Positions 41,062 through 51,323 of a stretch of DNA of 64,000 bases are shown piece after piece (within the stretch, counting starts at the first letter, position 1; every line of letters begins with the position of its first letter). The translations under genes and the position numbers were made by a program. The notes below the pieces were generated by a model. That model was not told where the DNA came from. It did not search any database and worked only from the letters and a program-made list of their open reading frames with translations. The stretch is from Candidatus Eiseniibacteriota bacterium. Its GTDB lineage: Bacteria; Eisenbacteria; RBG-16-71-46; SZUA-252. Location: positions 1,664,001 to 1,728,000 of the forward strand of contig OY969801.1 in assembly GCA_963703225.1 (NCBI GenBank). Reading direction: 5' to 3'.

Positions 41062-43839
41062 TCATCGTACGATCACGAACTTGCCGACCTTTCGGCCAAG
41101 TTCGGTGTCGACGGAGTAGAGATAGATCCCGCTCACGATCTTCTGACCGTTCCGCGAGATGAGATTCCAGGGCACCGAACCTTGTCCGGCGATCACCGGA
41201 TCCTTCCCGTATTGGAGATCGGTCGGGACCGTGCCGTCAAAGGGGATGTCCTTCACCAAATCCCCGGCGAGGGTATAGATGTGAATGGTTCCCTTGGTTC
41301 GGGGCAGATTCATAAACGTGACCTTGGTCCCGGACGGATCCTCCTCGCGGGGTACCAGGTCCCATTCCGCGTGGGCCTTGAAGGGGTTCGGGACCACGAA
41401 GACCTCTTTCTGGGTGTCCTGGGCATCCCCGCGCGGGTAGACGACCTGCGCGTTGGTCGCACTGGGGTTGCCGCTCAAGATGATGTCGGTCGCCGACGTC
41501 GTCCCCGGTACAATCGAGACCGGGACGATCGAATAGAAATAGGGGAAGCCGTTCAGGACGTTATTGTCGACGTAGCTGTATCGGCCAACCGCGAAAAGCG
41601 TGTCGACCTCGGTGTGGGTCGTATCTCCCCCCGTGACCCTGCGGCCGATCGGATCCCATCGAACGTTGACCGAGTCCGAGAGGATTTCCTTGGCCGAAGG
41701 GTCGAGGAGCTCCCCGAGTGGCCGCGCGGGGGTCCCCCTGGGATTCGTTCGCCACTCCCCGAGTAGCGTCCAAAGCTCTCGCGAGGGCGCGTTCGTCCCC
41801 AGCGGCCGTTCCCAACCCGCCGCCTTGTAGAGGCGATACCCGACGAATTCCTTCAAATTGCCCCGCTGGGCGTCGCGGATCAGCTCGGCAAAGTTGCTCC
41901 ACTTGAGCGTGACCCTCTTGTCGCCCGGGAAGTACCAGGCCGAGATTCGAGTGGAGTCTCCGTGGGTCTCGTAGAGCGGCACGAAATCGCCCGGCTCCGA
42001 TTTCCCGTCTGTGCCCTGGAAGAACGGCGACGGGAGCGGCGCCGCCGCCACCCAGTTGATGACTTGCTCCCGCCCTCCCTGCCCCGTGTTCACGTCGCAA
42101 TCGAAATCCACGTAGGTGCACGCGGTGGAGGTGATGGTGATGTTGAGTGTGTCCCCCGCCGCGCAGTGGGGCGGCGTGGTGCCCGCGCAGACGAACTTCG
42201 CATCCTGCTGTGCATCGCACGCCACGCTCGGATCCCAGGGTACGAGGCTCGCATACCGGGGATCGCTGGCGTCATAACCGTTGTTGATTCGGAGGCGGCA
42301 GACCGAGGACTCCGGAATGTCGTAGACGAACGCCCTCCCGCCAGGCGTGTTGCGAAGGCAGGTTTCCTTCCCGCACGTTCCCGTGGTCAAGCTGTTGTCG
42401 AGGTCGGCGTAGAGACCGTCGAAGACCTGTTGCGCCGACTTGGCATTCGCGACGATCGTTCCCTCCCCACCCGGGGAGCGGCCGAGGCCGATCCCGGCGA
42501 CCCACGCGACGGAGATGGTCAGGGTCGACTCGGGAAGGATTTGACGGAACGGCCCGGTCGCCATGATGAATCGATAGTCGAGTGGCCGGCCCGTGGAAAC
42601 TTGCCCCGTGTTCTCCGGCTTGTACCGCGGATCCGACATCAGCTGGTAGCGCTGGGCGTCGTTCTCCGGATCGCCGCCGCGCCGGGAACGAGGCGGAGCC
42701 AGAGAAGAATTTGAAAGCCGTGATCCCGACATGGGGAGGCGCGTTGACACCCGACGGATCGGTCGTGTGGTTGAGGAACATGCAGCCGATGTAGCTCGGA
42801 ACGTCGCCGCCCTTGTTGTCCTGCGGCCGGTTGGGGTTGTCCGGATTGTCCCATGCGTACGCCATCTGGATCCGGCGCGCCACCGTCTCGCCCGAGGGGC
42901 CGATGTAGTTCACGGTGGAATCGAACAGGGCCGCCTCATCGTCCAAGAAGTAGCCCTGAACCGCCCGGTTTCCGACATCGGGATCCGCGAAGATCGCGAT
43001 GAAGACGTTTCGAATCGACCGGCCACTCTGATTGGTGATCCGATAGTCCACACCCACGAAGTCGCTCTGCCCTGGCGTCGACCAAGCGTAGCTCGTCTGG
43101 CGCACCCGGATGCCCAGCGCGACGTGCTCGGGATTGATCTGTCGGATGGCGGGGAGATCGTCGCGGTATTCACACGCGAACATCTGCTGCCCGATCGCCG
43201 AGTAGTCCTCGTCGCAGAGCCCGTCGCCGTCGTCGTCGAGACCGTTCAGAAAGTCCTCGTCGACGAACCCATCGTTGTCGTCGTCCGGATTCAGGCTGGC
43301 CGAGATGACGACGATTTCCGCCCGGAATTCCCTCATAGGCCTCGCGTATGTCGGCGACCTGATCCAGGGGACCAGGGACGCAAGTCGCCGGTAGGAGTCT
43401 CCTCGGGCGAGAACTCGACCGAGTAGGCCGCCGTCGTGACGTGCGGTATCCCGCTGGCGTCGATCGCGCCCACCCAGAGCCCCGCCGCGTAGAGATGATC
43501 GTTCCCCGAGCCGGGAGGGTACTCTGCCGAGGGCACCGTGGTGAGCGATGGGTTCGCGGCATTGCCGGTTTGTCCAATGTTGGTCATCTGGAGGTGGAGC
43601 CGGCCGACGTTGTGCACGAATTTCCCGTCCAGCCGAAACGTCTTGTTCGCGTATTGCTTGCGGTAACCGTCGGCATCATAGGGCGGCGGCTGGTAGAACG
43701 CGGAAACCCCGCCCCAGAGGACCAGGGTGACCGCGGCGGCGGCCACGCGACGGGCCAAGCAGGCAGCCCGCCGCGCCGAAACCTGCCAATCAGTGCCGTT
43801 CGGATTCTGCGCTAGCGAGATCTCAGGCGAGTCAGTCAT
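41062..43839 (-). CDS. Large secreted protein with Ca-binding-like DxDxDG motifs, Cys-rich insert, FN3-like domain and T9SS-like C-terminal domain; frameshifted
   Basis: ORF pieces 43333-43839, 42272-43336 and 41062-42750 join into one protein ending VVPNPF...IHIYTLAGDLVK...WNLISRNGQKIVSGIYLYSV...GKFVIVR. Confidence 0.8.
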
Positions 43840-43841
43840 GG

Positions 43842-46572
43842 TCAGAATTGGACCCCCACTCCAAACCGGATGATGCGTCCTTGCTGGAAGACGCGCGGAT
43901 CGTTGACCGGGTACCAGTCTTCACGACCGTCCCCGTTCAGATCCTGGGTCAGGAATGCTCCGCCGGCCCGACCAGTCTCAGAATAGTAGATGATGTACGA
44001 CTGTGAGCTGACCTGGTTGTTCGGCCAGAGACTCGGCTGGAGATCGGTGATGTTCTCCGCGTCGAGTAGGTTCGAGCCCTGGAGGTAGAAGGTCACGCTC
44101 TGGCCCCAGACGCGGAAGAACCGCTCCGCCTGGACCGAAAGGGTGGACGTCGAGGGGAGTCGGCTGGCGTTGACCGTCGCCGGATCGATCCGGCGCTGTC
44201 GCGCGTTCCTGTCTGGTGTAGGGCAATCCGGTCCCGAACTGGTAGACGAAGCTCGCGGCCCAATCCTTCTCGTTTCCGAGACGCAGCGTGGTCGAGATGG
44301 TGTGACGCTGATCCCAGTCGAGCGGCTGCTCGGAGGTCGGCTTGTACTGATCGCGGATGATTTCCGGAGCTGGCGAGGGCTCGGTTGGGATCCGAGGCGG
44401 TCCCGGTGGCGTTGCCGTACGTGTAGTTGAACTCACCGGAGAACCCGTGGCTGTGGCGCTTGATGAGCGTCACCTCGATCCCCTGCGTCGATGCGTAGTC
44501 TCCGTTCACCCGGGTCGGCACCGTGATCGGCGAACCCCGGCACCTGCTGCTCCACCGTGGTGAGGAGGCCGTAGATGTCGTTGAAGTAGACGCCGAACTG
44601 TCCGTAGATCTCCTTGCTGAAGAGGTGCTGGACGCCGAGCTGATAGGAGATGGTCGTCTGGGGCTCGAGGTTCGGGTTGCCGCGGGCTTCCGCGGAGATG
44701 TTCCGGCCCTGGTAGAGATAGAGCCGATCCGGCACCTGGAAGAGCCGCCCGTAGTGGAAGCTCATGACGTCGCGGTCGGAGATCGGATAGGCGATCCCGA
44801 CCCGCGGGCTCACACTGCGTCTTGATCTTGTCGGCGACCTCTGCCGAGGAGATCTGGTTCCCGACGGAGAAGCTGTCGTACCGAAGCCCCGCGTTCAGAA
44901 CCATCCCCTCGTACTCCCAGCGGTCCTGGACGAAGAACGATCCCTCGGGGTTGTAGTTCACGAATTCGTCCCGGGTCGCTCCGTAGTTGCCGTTCGCGTC
45001 GAGCACGTTCGGGAAATTGGGTGAGGAGGAACGAGAGCGAGTTGTAGTTGATGTCCCCGCCCACCATGAAGTTGTGCTGCTTGACCTTCTTGGAGTAGTC
45101 GCCGTTCAACGTGTAGGTGACCGTGTTGCGGCGCTCGTAGAACGGATAGTCGCCGTTCGTTACGTAGTAGGGGCCGTCGATGCGATTCAGTGGATCGTAG
45201 TACTGGTTCGGATCCTGCTGGTACTCCCAGAGCTGCCGGTCGAGCACGTCCTCGATTGATTTCCACTGCTGACGCGAAGCGCGGATGTTGTAGATCTCGC
45301 CGATCCCCAGGGTGTGCTTCCACGTCAGGGCGAGCTGCTGGTAGTCGGCCGTCGTCACGGGGAGGTGCTCGGCGGTGTTCATGGGCATGATAGCTGGAGT
45401 CGACCGGATAGTAGGACCACCGACCGTAGCGCCGCGTGATGGCGCCGTCGGTGGGCGCCGTGCTGTCGTAGTAGACCTGCACGAAGCCGTTTCGATTCCA
45501 CCGATTGTGGTATCGGCCATCGACGGTGTGATTCTGGATGTACTCAAAATTCAACTTCTCGTTGGGCGTCACCTTGTACGTGAATTTGCCGGAGAGGTTG
45601 GATGCATTCGCCTGGCGAAGACCCGTCCGGATGAAGTCGAGGAACCGATGCTCTTTGTACTCGGACGTGTTCCGGAGGTACGTGTCGGTGAATGTTCCTT
45701 CGTAGGAGATGTAGTAGTTCGTCTTGGAGAACAGGAAGGGGCCGCCCAACCCCACACTCAGGCGCTCGAAGTTGTTGAACTCCTTGTCGTGCTCGCCGTA
45801 TCGATCGGTGAAGTAGCGCGCTTCCCCAGCGAATCGATCCCCGCCCTCGCGCGTGGTCAGGCTGATGACTCCCGAGAGCGCGTTCCCGTACTGGGCGTCC
45901 ATTCCACCCATCACCTGCTCGCTCGACGAAACCGCGAGAAGCCCGAGATCCACGCCCTTCGGCCTCGAGCGGATTACGGCTGGCGATGCCGTTGACGACC
46001 GTGAGCACTTCGTCCGCCCGACCGCCGCGGAAGTGAAGCTCCCCGCCCTGGCTGATGACTCCGGCCTTGAGGCTGATCGCGTCTTTGTAGTTGTCGATAG
46101 GGAGTGATCGAAGGTCCTCGCTCGTCACGAGCTGCTTGGTGGAGCTGTCCTTCTTGCGGATCGTTAGCTTCCCCGCCGAGGTGACGTCGACCGTCTGCAT
46201 CTGATAGACGCGGTCGATCAGGCTGAACGAGCCCACGTTCGTCGTCCTGTTGGCGTCGACCTTCACTCCCTGGCGTTCTTGGTCCGCCTTGCCCGCCATC
46301 TTCACGCGGACGGTGTAGACCCCGACCGGTACCTTGGGAAAGTTGAATGTACCCTGGGCGTTGGTGTTTCCGCCCGTCTCCGCCCCGAGAACTATGACGC
46401 TGGCACCCTGGAGCGGGACCCCGCTCTGGTCGGTAACCGTGCCGGTGATCGTCCCCGTCTGCGCAGACGCCGCCGCGGCTTGGACCAGCATGAGAGAGAC
46501 GAGAAGCGCGAAGAGGAGTAACGGCGATTTGACAAAACCGAAGCCGCCGCGTCGCGACGCGTTGCTCGGCAT
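43842..46572 (-). CDS. TonB-dependent receptor with an N-terminal carboxypeptidase-regulatory-like domain; multiple frameshifts
   Basis: TGTITGTVTD, LHFRGGRADE, GGMDAQYGNALSGVI, LNAGLRYD, SPRVGIAYPI, GNPNLEP, LDWDQRH, terminal GVGVQF across several ORF pieces; AAAGGAG precedes the ATG. Confidence 0.9.
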
Positions 46573-46599
46573 GGTGTGGAGCGCTCCTTTCGTTGGCTC

Positions 46600-46880
46600 G
46601 GCGGTCACTTTGGGGCGACTACTTTTATGCCGGTTTCAAGTGGTCGAGTCAAGCCAATTCGTTGCGCCAGCCTTGCTTGGCCCACCCTGGGGCTCCCCGG
46701 CAGAGCGACCCTGGCGCGCGCGGAACCCAATATAAAATTGTGACCTGGATGGGGGGGACGCTGTGTTCTTGGGGGGGACTTACGAAACAAGGCATATACT
46801 TACGCCTCTGGTTACAGAATATATCCATATTATCCCATTCGGCAAGCGCTTTTTTCAAAATAAGGCTTATTTTCAAAATT
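46600..46880 (-). promoter_or_regulatory. AT-rich regulatory region upstream of the TonB-dependent receptor unit
   Basis: Candidate TTGCCG-N16-TATATT (46845-46818), palindrome AAAATAAG-G-CTTATTTT (46857-46873), repeats spaced 20 bp apart. Confidence 0.55.
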
Positions 46881-48219
46881 CGGTGACACTCGACATCCGA
46901 AAGTCCCGGACCCTGAGCCCCGGGCAAACCACCCCCCCGGATCGCTCAGGCTCCGACATCCCCTCCACGGCACCCAGAAGCTGCACCACGCTTTGGTTGA
47001 ACCGGAAGTGCCGCACAGCCCTGGTGACCCTGCCCTTCTCGATGGCGAAGAGACCGTCCCGGGTCATCCCCGTGAGGGTCGCGGTCTTAGGGTCCACCAC
47101 GTTCGTGTACCAGACACGGGTCACCCAGAGACCCCGTTCAATGCCGGAGAGGAGAGAGTCAAGAGGCCCGGTTCCTCCTTCCAGCACGAGGTGGCGCGCC
47201 AAAGGTCCGAACGTGTTGGGAACGGGTAGCCCGTGTCCCGTCGATTCGCGGCCTTCTTTCGCCGCGGTGCGCCGGTCGTAGACGGGGCTCACGGCCACGC
47301 CCCGCTCGATGATGATCGTCGGCTTCGTCGGGATGCCCTCTTCGTCGAAGGGAGTGCCCCGGTGGAGCGGGTGATAGGGATCGTCGCGGAGGGTGATGTT
47401 CTCACCGACGACGCGCTGGCCGATCCTCCCGGAGAGAAAGCTCCGGCCTTCCTGGACCGGCAGCGCCCCCAGCGAGAGCCACGACATGTCGGTCAGAAGA
47501 TCCGCGACGGCCGCCGGCTCGAGCACGACCGTGTACCGGCCCGGGTCCCAGGCGACCGCGTTTCGGGAACGGATCGCCTTGTCCACCGCGCGCGCCGCAA
47601 GCGCGGCGCCGTCGATGTCCGAGGCGGCGTGGCTCTCACGGCCGGCCCAGCCCGACGCCGTTCCATCGAGGGCCGAAATGCGAAACGTCGCCTTCGTTCC
47701 CTGGTGGTAGGCGAAGAGGCCGCGGCTGTTCGCGATCGCCAGCGCACCGAGCTCTCCATATTCGCCGATCGTCCCTCGTCCCGTTTCGTAGATGCCGGCC
47801 GCGGTCACACCGCCGCGCACGCAGGTCTCGATGCCGCGACCGACTTCCCGGGCGCGGCCGTCGGGTCCCATGGTCGCGGTCGCGTCGTCGTCGGCGTCGA
47901 CCTCGCGATACGACTGGGGGCCCGGAAGCGGGAGGAGATCGGGGATCTCGGGCTGGAGTTGGGCCGCCGTGGTTGCCGCGGACACCAACCGCTGAATTCC
48001 CGCTCGGCTCAAATCGTTCCCGCTCGCCCGCCCGGTTCGCTTTCCAAGGACGATCCGAACCGAGAGCACGTGGCGATGCTCCGAGACGTTCTGCGTCACT
48101 TCGTTGTTCGCGAATCGTGTGAGATGGCTCTCGCCGCCGCCGAGAACCACCTCCGCCTCCCCCTCGCCCACCAATCGGAGGGCTTCGTCGAGGAGCGACT
48201 TCGCTTCGTCTTTAGTCAT
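46873..48219 (-). CDS. TldE/PmbA family protein
   Basis: LTRFANNEVTQN, PGRYTVVLEPAAV, PFDEEG, TGHG, LTGMTRDG; no HExxxH. Confidence 0.9.
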   Translation of the reverse strand: MTKDEAKSLLDEALRLVGEGEAEVVLGGGESHLTRFANNEVTQNVSEHRHVLSVRIVLGKRTGRASGNDLSRAGIQRLVSAATTAAQLQPEIPDLLPLPGPQSYREVDADDDATATMGPDGRAREVGRGIETCVRGGVTAAGIYETGRGTIGEYGELGALAIANSRGLFAYHQGTKATFRISALDGTASGWAGRESHAASDIDGAALAARAVDKAIRSRNAVAWDPGRYTVVLEPAAVADLLTDMSWLSLGALPVQEGRSFLSGRIGQRVVGENITLRDDPYHPLHRGTPFDEEGIPTKPTIIIERGVAVSPVYDRRTAAKEGRESTGHGLPVPNTFGPLARHLVLEGGTGPLDSLLSGIERGLWVTRVWYTNVVDPKTATLTGMTRDGLFAIEKGRVTRAVRHFRFNQSVVQLLGAVEGMSEPERSGGVVCPGLRVRDFRMSSVTEF

Positions 48220-49660
48220 CGGCCCCGACTCCAACCCGGACCTTGCGGAACCGCGCCGGGGCCGCGCCGTGGGTCATCTCCGCGACCTGCCCCGGCTGCC
48301 CCTTGCCGCAATTCGTGACGCCCCAAGGCCTCCACTCCTCGGGGCCGCAGATGAAGTCGCACGAGTTCCAGAAGCGCGGCGTGATCCCCTGATAGGTCGG
48401 ATTGCGGAGCATCCGCCCGCGCCGGCCCTTCTTGATCTCCCACGCGATCTCGGTCTTGAACTGGAAGTTGTACCGGAGCTGGTCGATGCTCCAGCTCCGG
48501 TTCGTTTCCATGTAGATGCCATCGGCCGTGTCGGCGATGAGGTCCCCAAGCGACCCCGCGCCCGGCTCCAAGCTCAGGTTCACCATCCGAATCATCGGGA
48601 CGTGATGCCAGCCGTCCGACCGGACGCAGCCGCGGCTCCGCTTCTCCCCGATGCGGTGCGCCAGCTCCCTCGAGGTCAGGTATCCGACAAAGAGCCCGTC
48701 CTTCACGATCGGCCATCGCTGTGCCTCGACCCCCTCGTCGTCGAACGCGAAGGTCGCGAGCCCGTGCGGGAGCGTGGCGTCCGCGACGAGGTTGACCCGC
48801 GGCGATCCGAATTGGAGTTTCCGGAGCTTGTCGGTGGTGAGGAAGCTGGTCCCCGCGTAGTTCGCTTCCATTCCGAGCACCCGGTCGAGCTCCGTGGGGT
48901 GCCCCACCGACTCGTGGATCTGCAGGGCGAGCTGGGAGCCTTCGAGGATGATGTCCGCCTCTCCGGCCGGGCAGGGGTCGGCGCTCAGGAGCGCGACCGC
49001 TTCTTCGCCAACCCGGGTCGCCTGGTCGACCCAGGGAATCGAATCGATGAATTCGTAGCCCAGCGTTTGGTGGTGTCCCTCCATCTGCGGAAAACTGCGG
49101 CGCTGAACCTCGCGCTCCGAGACCGCCGTCGCGCTGTAGCCGCCGCCCGAGCGGGTGATGGTCTGATCGATCTCCGCGCCCTCGGAGCTGGCATAGAGCT
49201 GGCGCTTGCGGTGGAAAACCAAGAACCCCTCGGTGATCGTCACGCCTTTGACCTGGCGGAGCGCCTCGTCGACGCGGAAGAGGAGGTCGAGCTTCTGTTC
49301 GACCGGAATCGCAAAGGGGTCTACCGCGCAGGCGGAGCTCCACGTGGCCCGCCTGGCGGCCTCGGGAGCGAGCACGACCGGGTCGCGGAGAAGACTCGCG
49401 CTGGCCCTGGCGAGAGCGATCGCGTTCGCCGCGCAGGCTTCGATGCCCCCGCGCGTCATGAGATCGGTACCGGAATATCCCCAGGCCCCGCCCACCAGCA
49501 CCCGAACGCCGAGGCCCCGGGTCTCGGAGCGATCCACCCCACCCACCTGGCCGTCCTTCACCTGAAGGTCCTCGCGGGCCGAATCGAGGACGCGGACGTC
49601 GACAAACGTCGCCCCCTTGGCTACCGCGGTGTCGAGGGCGAGTTGGGCGATCTCCTTCAT
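48212..49660 (-). CDS. tldD: TldD family metalloprotease
   Basis: LQIHESVGHPTELDR, FDDEG, RMVNL, NCGKGQP. Confidence 0.92.
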   Translation of the reverse strand: MKEIAQLALDTAVAKGATFVDVRVLDSAREDLQVKDGQVGGVDRSETRGLGVRVLVGGAWGYSGTDLMTRGGIEACAANAIALARASASLLRDPVVLAPEAARRATWSSACAVDPFAIPVEQKLDLLFRVDEALRQVKGVTITEGFLVFHRKRQLYASSEGAEIDQTITRSGGGYSATAVSEREVQRRSFPQMEGHHQTLGYEFIDSIPWVDQATRVGEEAVALLSADPCPAGEADIILEGSQLALQIHESVGHPTELDRVLGMEANYAGTSFLTTDKLRKLQFGSPRVNLVADATLPHGLATFAFDDEGVEAQRWPIVKDGLFVGYLTSRELAHRIGEKRSRGCVRSDGWHHVPMIRMVNLSLEPGAGSLGDLIADTADGIYMETNRSWSIDQLRYNFQFKTEIAWEIKKGRRGRMLRNPTYQGITPRFWNSCDFICGPEEWRPWGVTNCGKGQPGQVAEMTHGAAPARFRKVRVGVGADD

Positions 49661-49678
49661 CGCGCCGGTCGGGAGGGG

Positions 49679-51310
49679 CTAGAAGAGGCGCTGGAGGGAG
49701 AGCGTGAAGTGGTTGCCCGAGCCGATCTCCTCGGAGGGATCGCTCGGCGAATAGTGGAAATGATAATGCGAATAGGAGAGGTCGATCCGGGAACCCATCG
49801 ATCTCCAGAAGTAGCCGGCCCCGGCCGTGAGGCCGATCCCCTTGATCGGGGCGTAGCCGTCGTCCCGATTGGGATCGTGGCGCAGAAGCTCCACACCCGC
49901 GCGGATCGGGAGCCCCGTGCGCACCGGATACTCGGCGCCGATGTGGAAGGTGTACGTGATGATCGAAAGATCGGGAACCTCGAAGGTGAAGTCCTGCCGA
50001 TATTCCCGGGCGATGCGGCCCTCCACGGCGACCAGCCCCTGCCCCTCGCCCCCGCCAACCGAGACGCCGCCAGCGAATCGATATCCCTGGCGTTTGACGT
50101 TCAGGGGGTCGACGGTCGGCAGGACGACCTCGTTCGGAACAATCCACTCGTATTCACGGAAGTAGGCGTAGCGGAGGCCGAGGTGGACCGGCTTTCCCGA
50201 CAAGCCGATGAGCCAGCGCGTGCTCCCCTCGTTGTGCCGAAGTCCGCTCAGGAACGCGGACCACTTTCTCTTGAAGACGTTATCCTGATCGTTCTGCGCG
50301 GGGAACGGGTTCATGAAGAACTGAGGCGCCCAGTTGATCCGCGCGATTTCCTCCCCGTCGAACGACCGATGGCGGCCGTCCACGATACCTTCGAGCCAAT
50401 CCCCCTTCTTCACGTAGAGCGCGCCGCCAAATCCCACCTGCGGCCGGTCCCAGTCGTACTCGTCATCGTTGAATGGGGATTCGCTCCGGCCGACCACGCT
50501 GTGCTTCACGTAGTGGGCCCAGGCCGAAAGGTTGGCCACGCGGCCGAACATCGGAAGCGCGTAGGAAACTCCTCCTGCGAACTCGGACGCCTGACTCGTC
50601 ACGTTGAGGTCGTACGGATTGAGGATGCGCCGGTCCTCGCTCTCCTGGCGATAGCCGAACCGACCGCCCAGGGTGACATCCTTGAAGAAGGTGCGGGCGT
50701 AGGTGAGCCCGATAAGCGGCGTCGTCACCCCGGCGCCGAACGTCCGATTCGTCGTCACCGGGGCCATCTCGGGCGCGACCGGCAGGTCAAAATCGCGGAT
50801 AAATCGACAGTCGTCGGGCGCCGGACAGAGATCGTTCCGACTCGCGTCGAGCGAGCCGTAGTCGAGGTCGAATCCAATCCCCCACTTTGGCCTTGGCCTG
50901 AATTCCGCGTGTAATCCCGCGCCGCGTCCCACCGCGCTTTGGTTGAAGCCGTAATAGGCGTCGCTGAAATCCGAATACCCTATCGGGACCCGGACGACGG
51001 AGGAATCGCGGGCCAGGAGGAGCCCGGCCGGGTTATGGCCGTAGTGATAGGGGTCGAACAGGCTCTGATCGTCCTGGGTCGCGACCTCGATCCCACCCAT
51101 GGCCTCGAGGCGGCTCGATCCCACCCCCGCGTAGGCGTCGATCGGCGTATACCGAAGCCAGGCGTCCGCGACCTGAGCGCGCGCGGGGACCGCGCAGAGC
51201 GACGCGGCCAGGAAGAGTACCGAGATCCAAAGCCAGGCGCGAGCAGGGCGCGGCCCGCGACCCACCGTGGCAGTTTCAGCGAGGGGTGCGACGCTCGAGG
51301 CGGTGGTCAT
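49679..51310 (-). CDS. Hypothetical outer-membrane beta-barrel (FadL/PorV-like N-terminus)
   Basis: Signal peptide, SRLEAMGG...NPAGL motif, amphipathic strands, terminal FTLSLQRLF. Confidence 0.7.
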   Translation of the reverse strand: MTTASSVAPLAETATVGRGPRPARAWLWISVLFLAASLCAVPARAQVADAWLRYTPIDAYAGVGSSRLEAMGGIEVATQDDQSLFDPYHYGHNPAGLLLARDSSVVRVPIGYSDFSDAYYGFNQSAVGRGAGLHAEFRPRPKWGIGFDLDYGSLDASRNDLCPAPDDCRFIRDFDLPVAPEMAPVTTNRTFGAGVTTPLIGLTYARTFFKDVTLGGRFGYRQESEDRRILNPYDLNVTSQASEFAGGVSYALPMFGRVANLSAWAHYVKHSVVGRSESPFNDDEYDWDRPQVGFGGALYVKKGDWLEGIVDGRHRSFDGEEIARINWAPQFFMNPFPAQNDQDNVFKRKWSAFLSGLRHNEGSTRWLIGLSGKPVHLGLRYAYFREYEWIVPNEVVLPTVDPLNVKRQGYRFAGGVSVGGGEGQGLVAVEGRIAREYRQDFTFEVPDLSIITYTFHIGAEYPVRTGLPIRAGVELLRHDPNRDDGYAPIKGIGLTAGAGYFWRSMGSRIDLSYSHYHFHYSPSDPSEEIGSGNHFTLSLQRLF

Positions 51311-51323
51311 CAAGGGGCTGGCG

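Noticed and set aside
46573..46872. Cobalamin or other riboswitch, Fur box or sigma54 promoter upstream of the receptor
   Set aside because: No B12-box seen, the Fur match is only about 9/19, and the GG-N10-GC spacing is not met.
46873..49660. RiPP (microcin-like) cluster around TldD/PmbA
   Set aside because: No precursor peptide, YcaO or exporter gene nearby.
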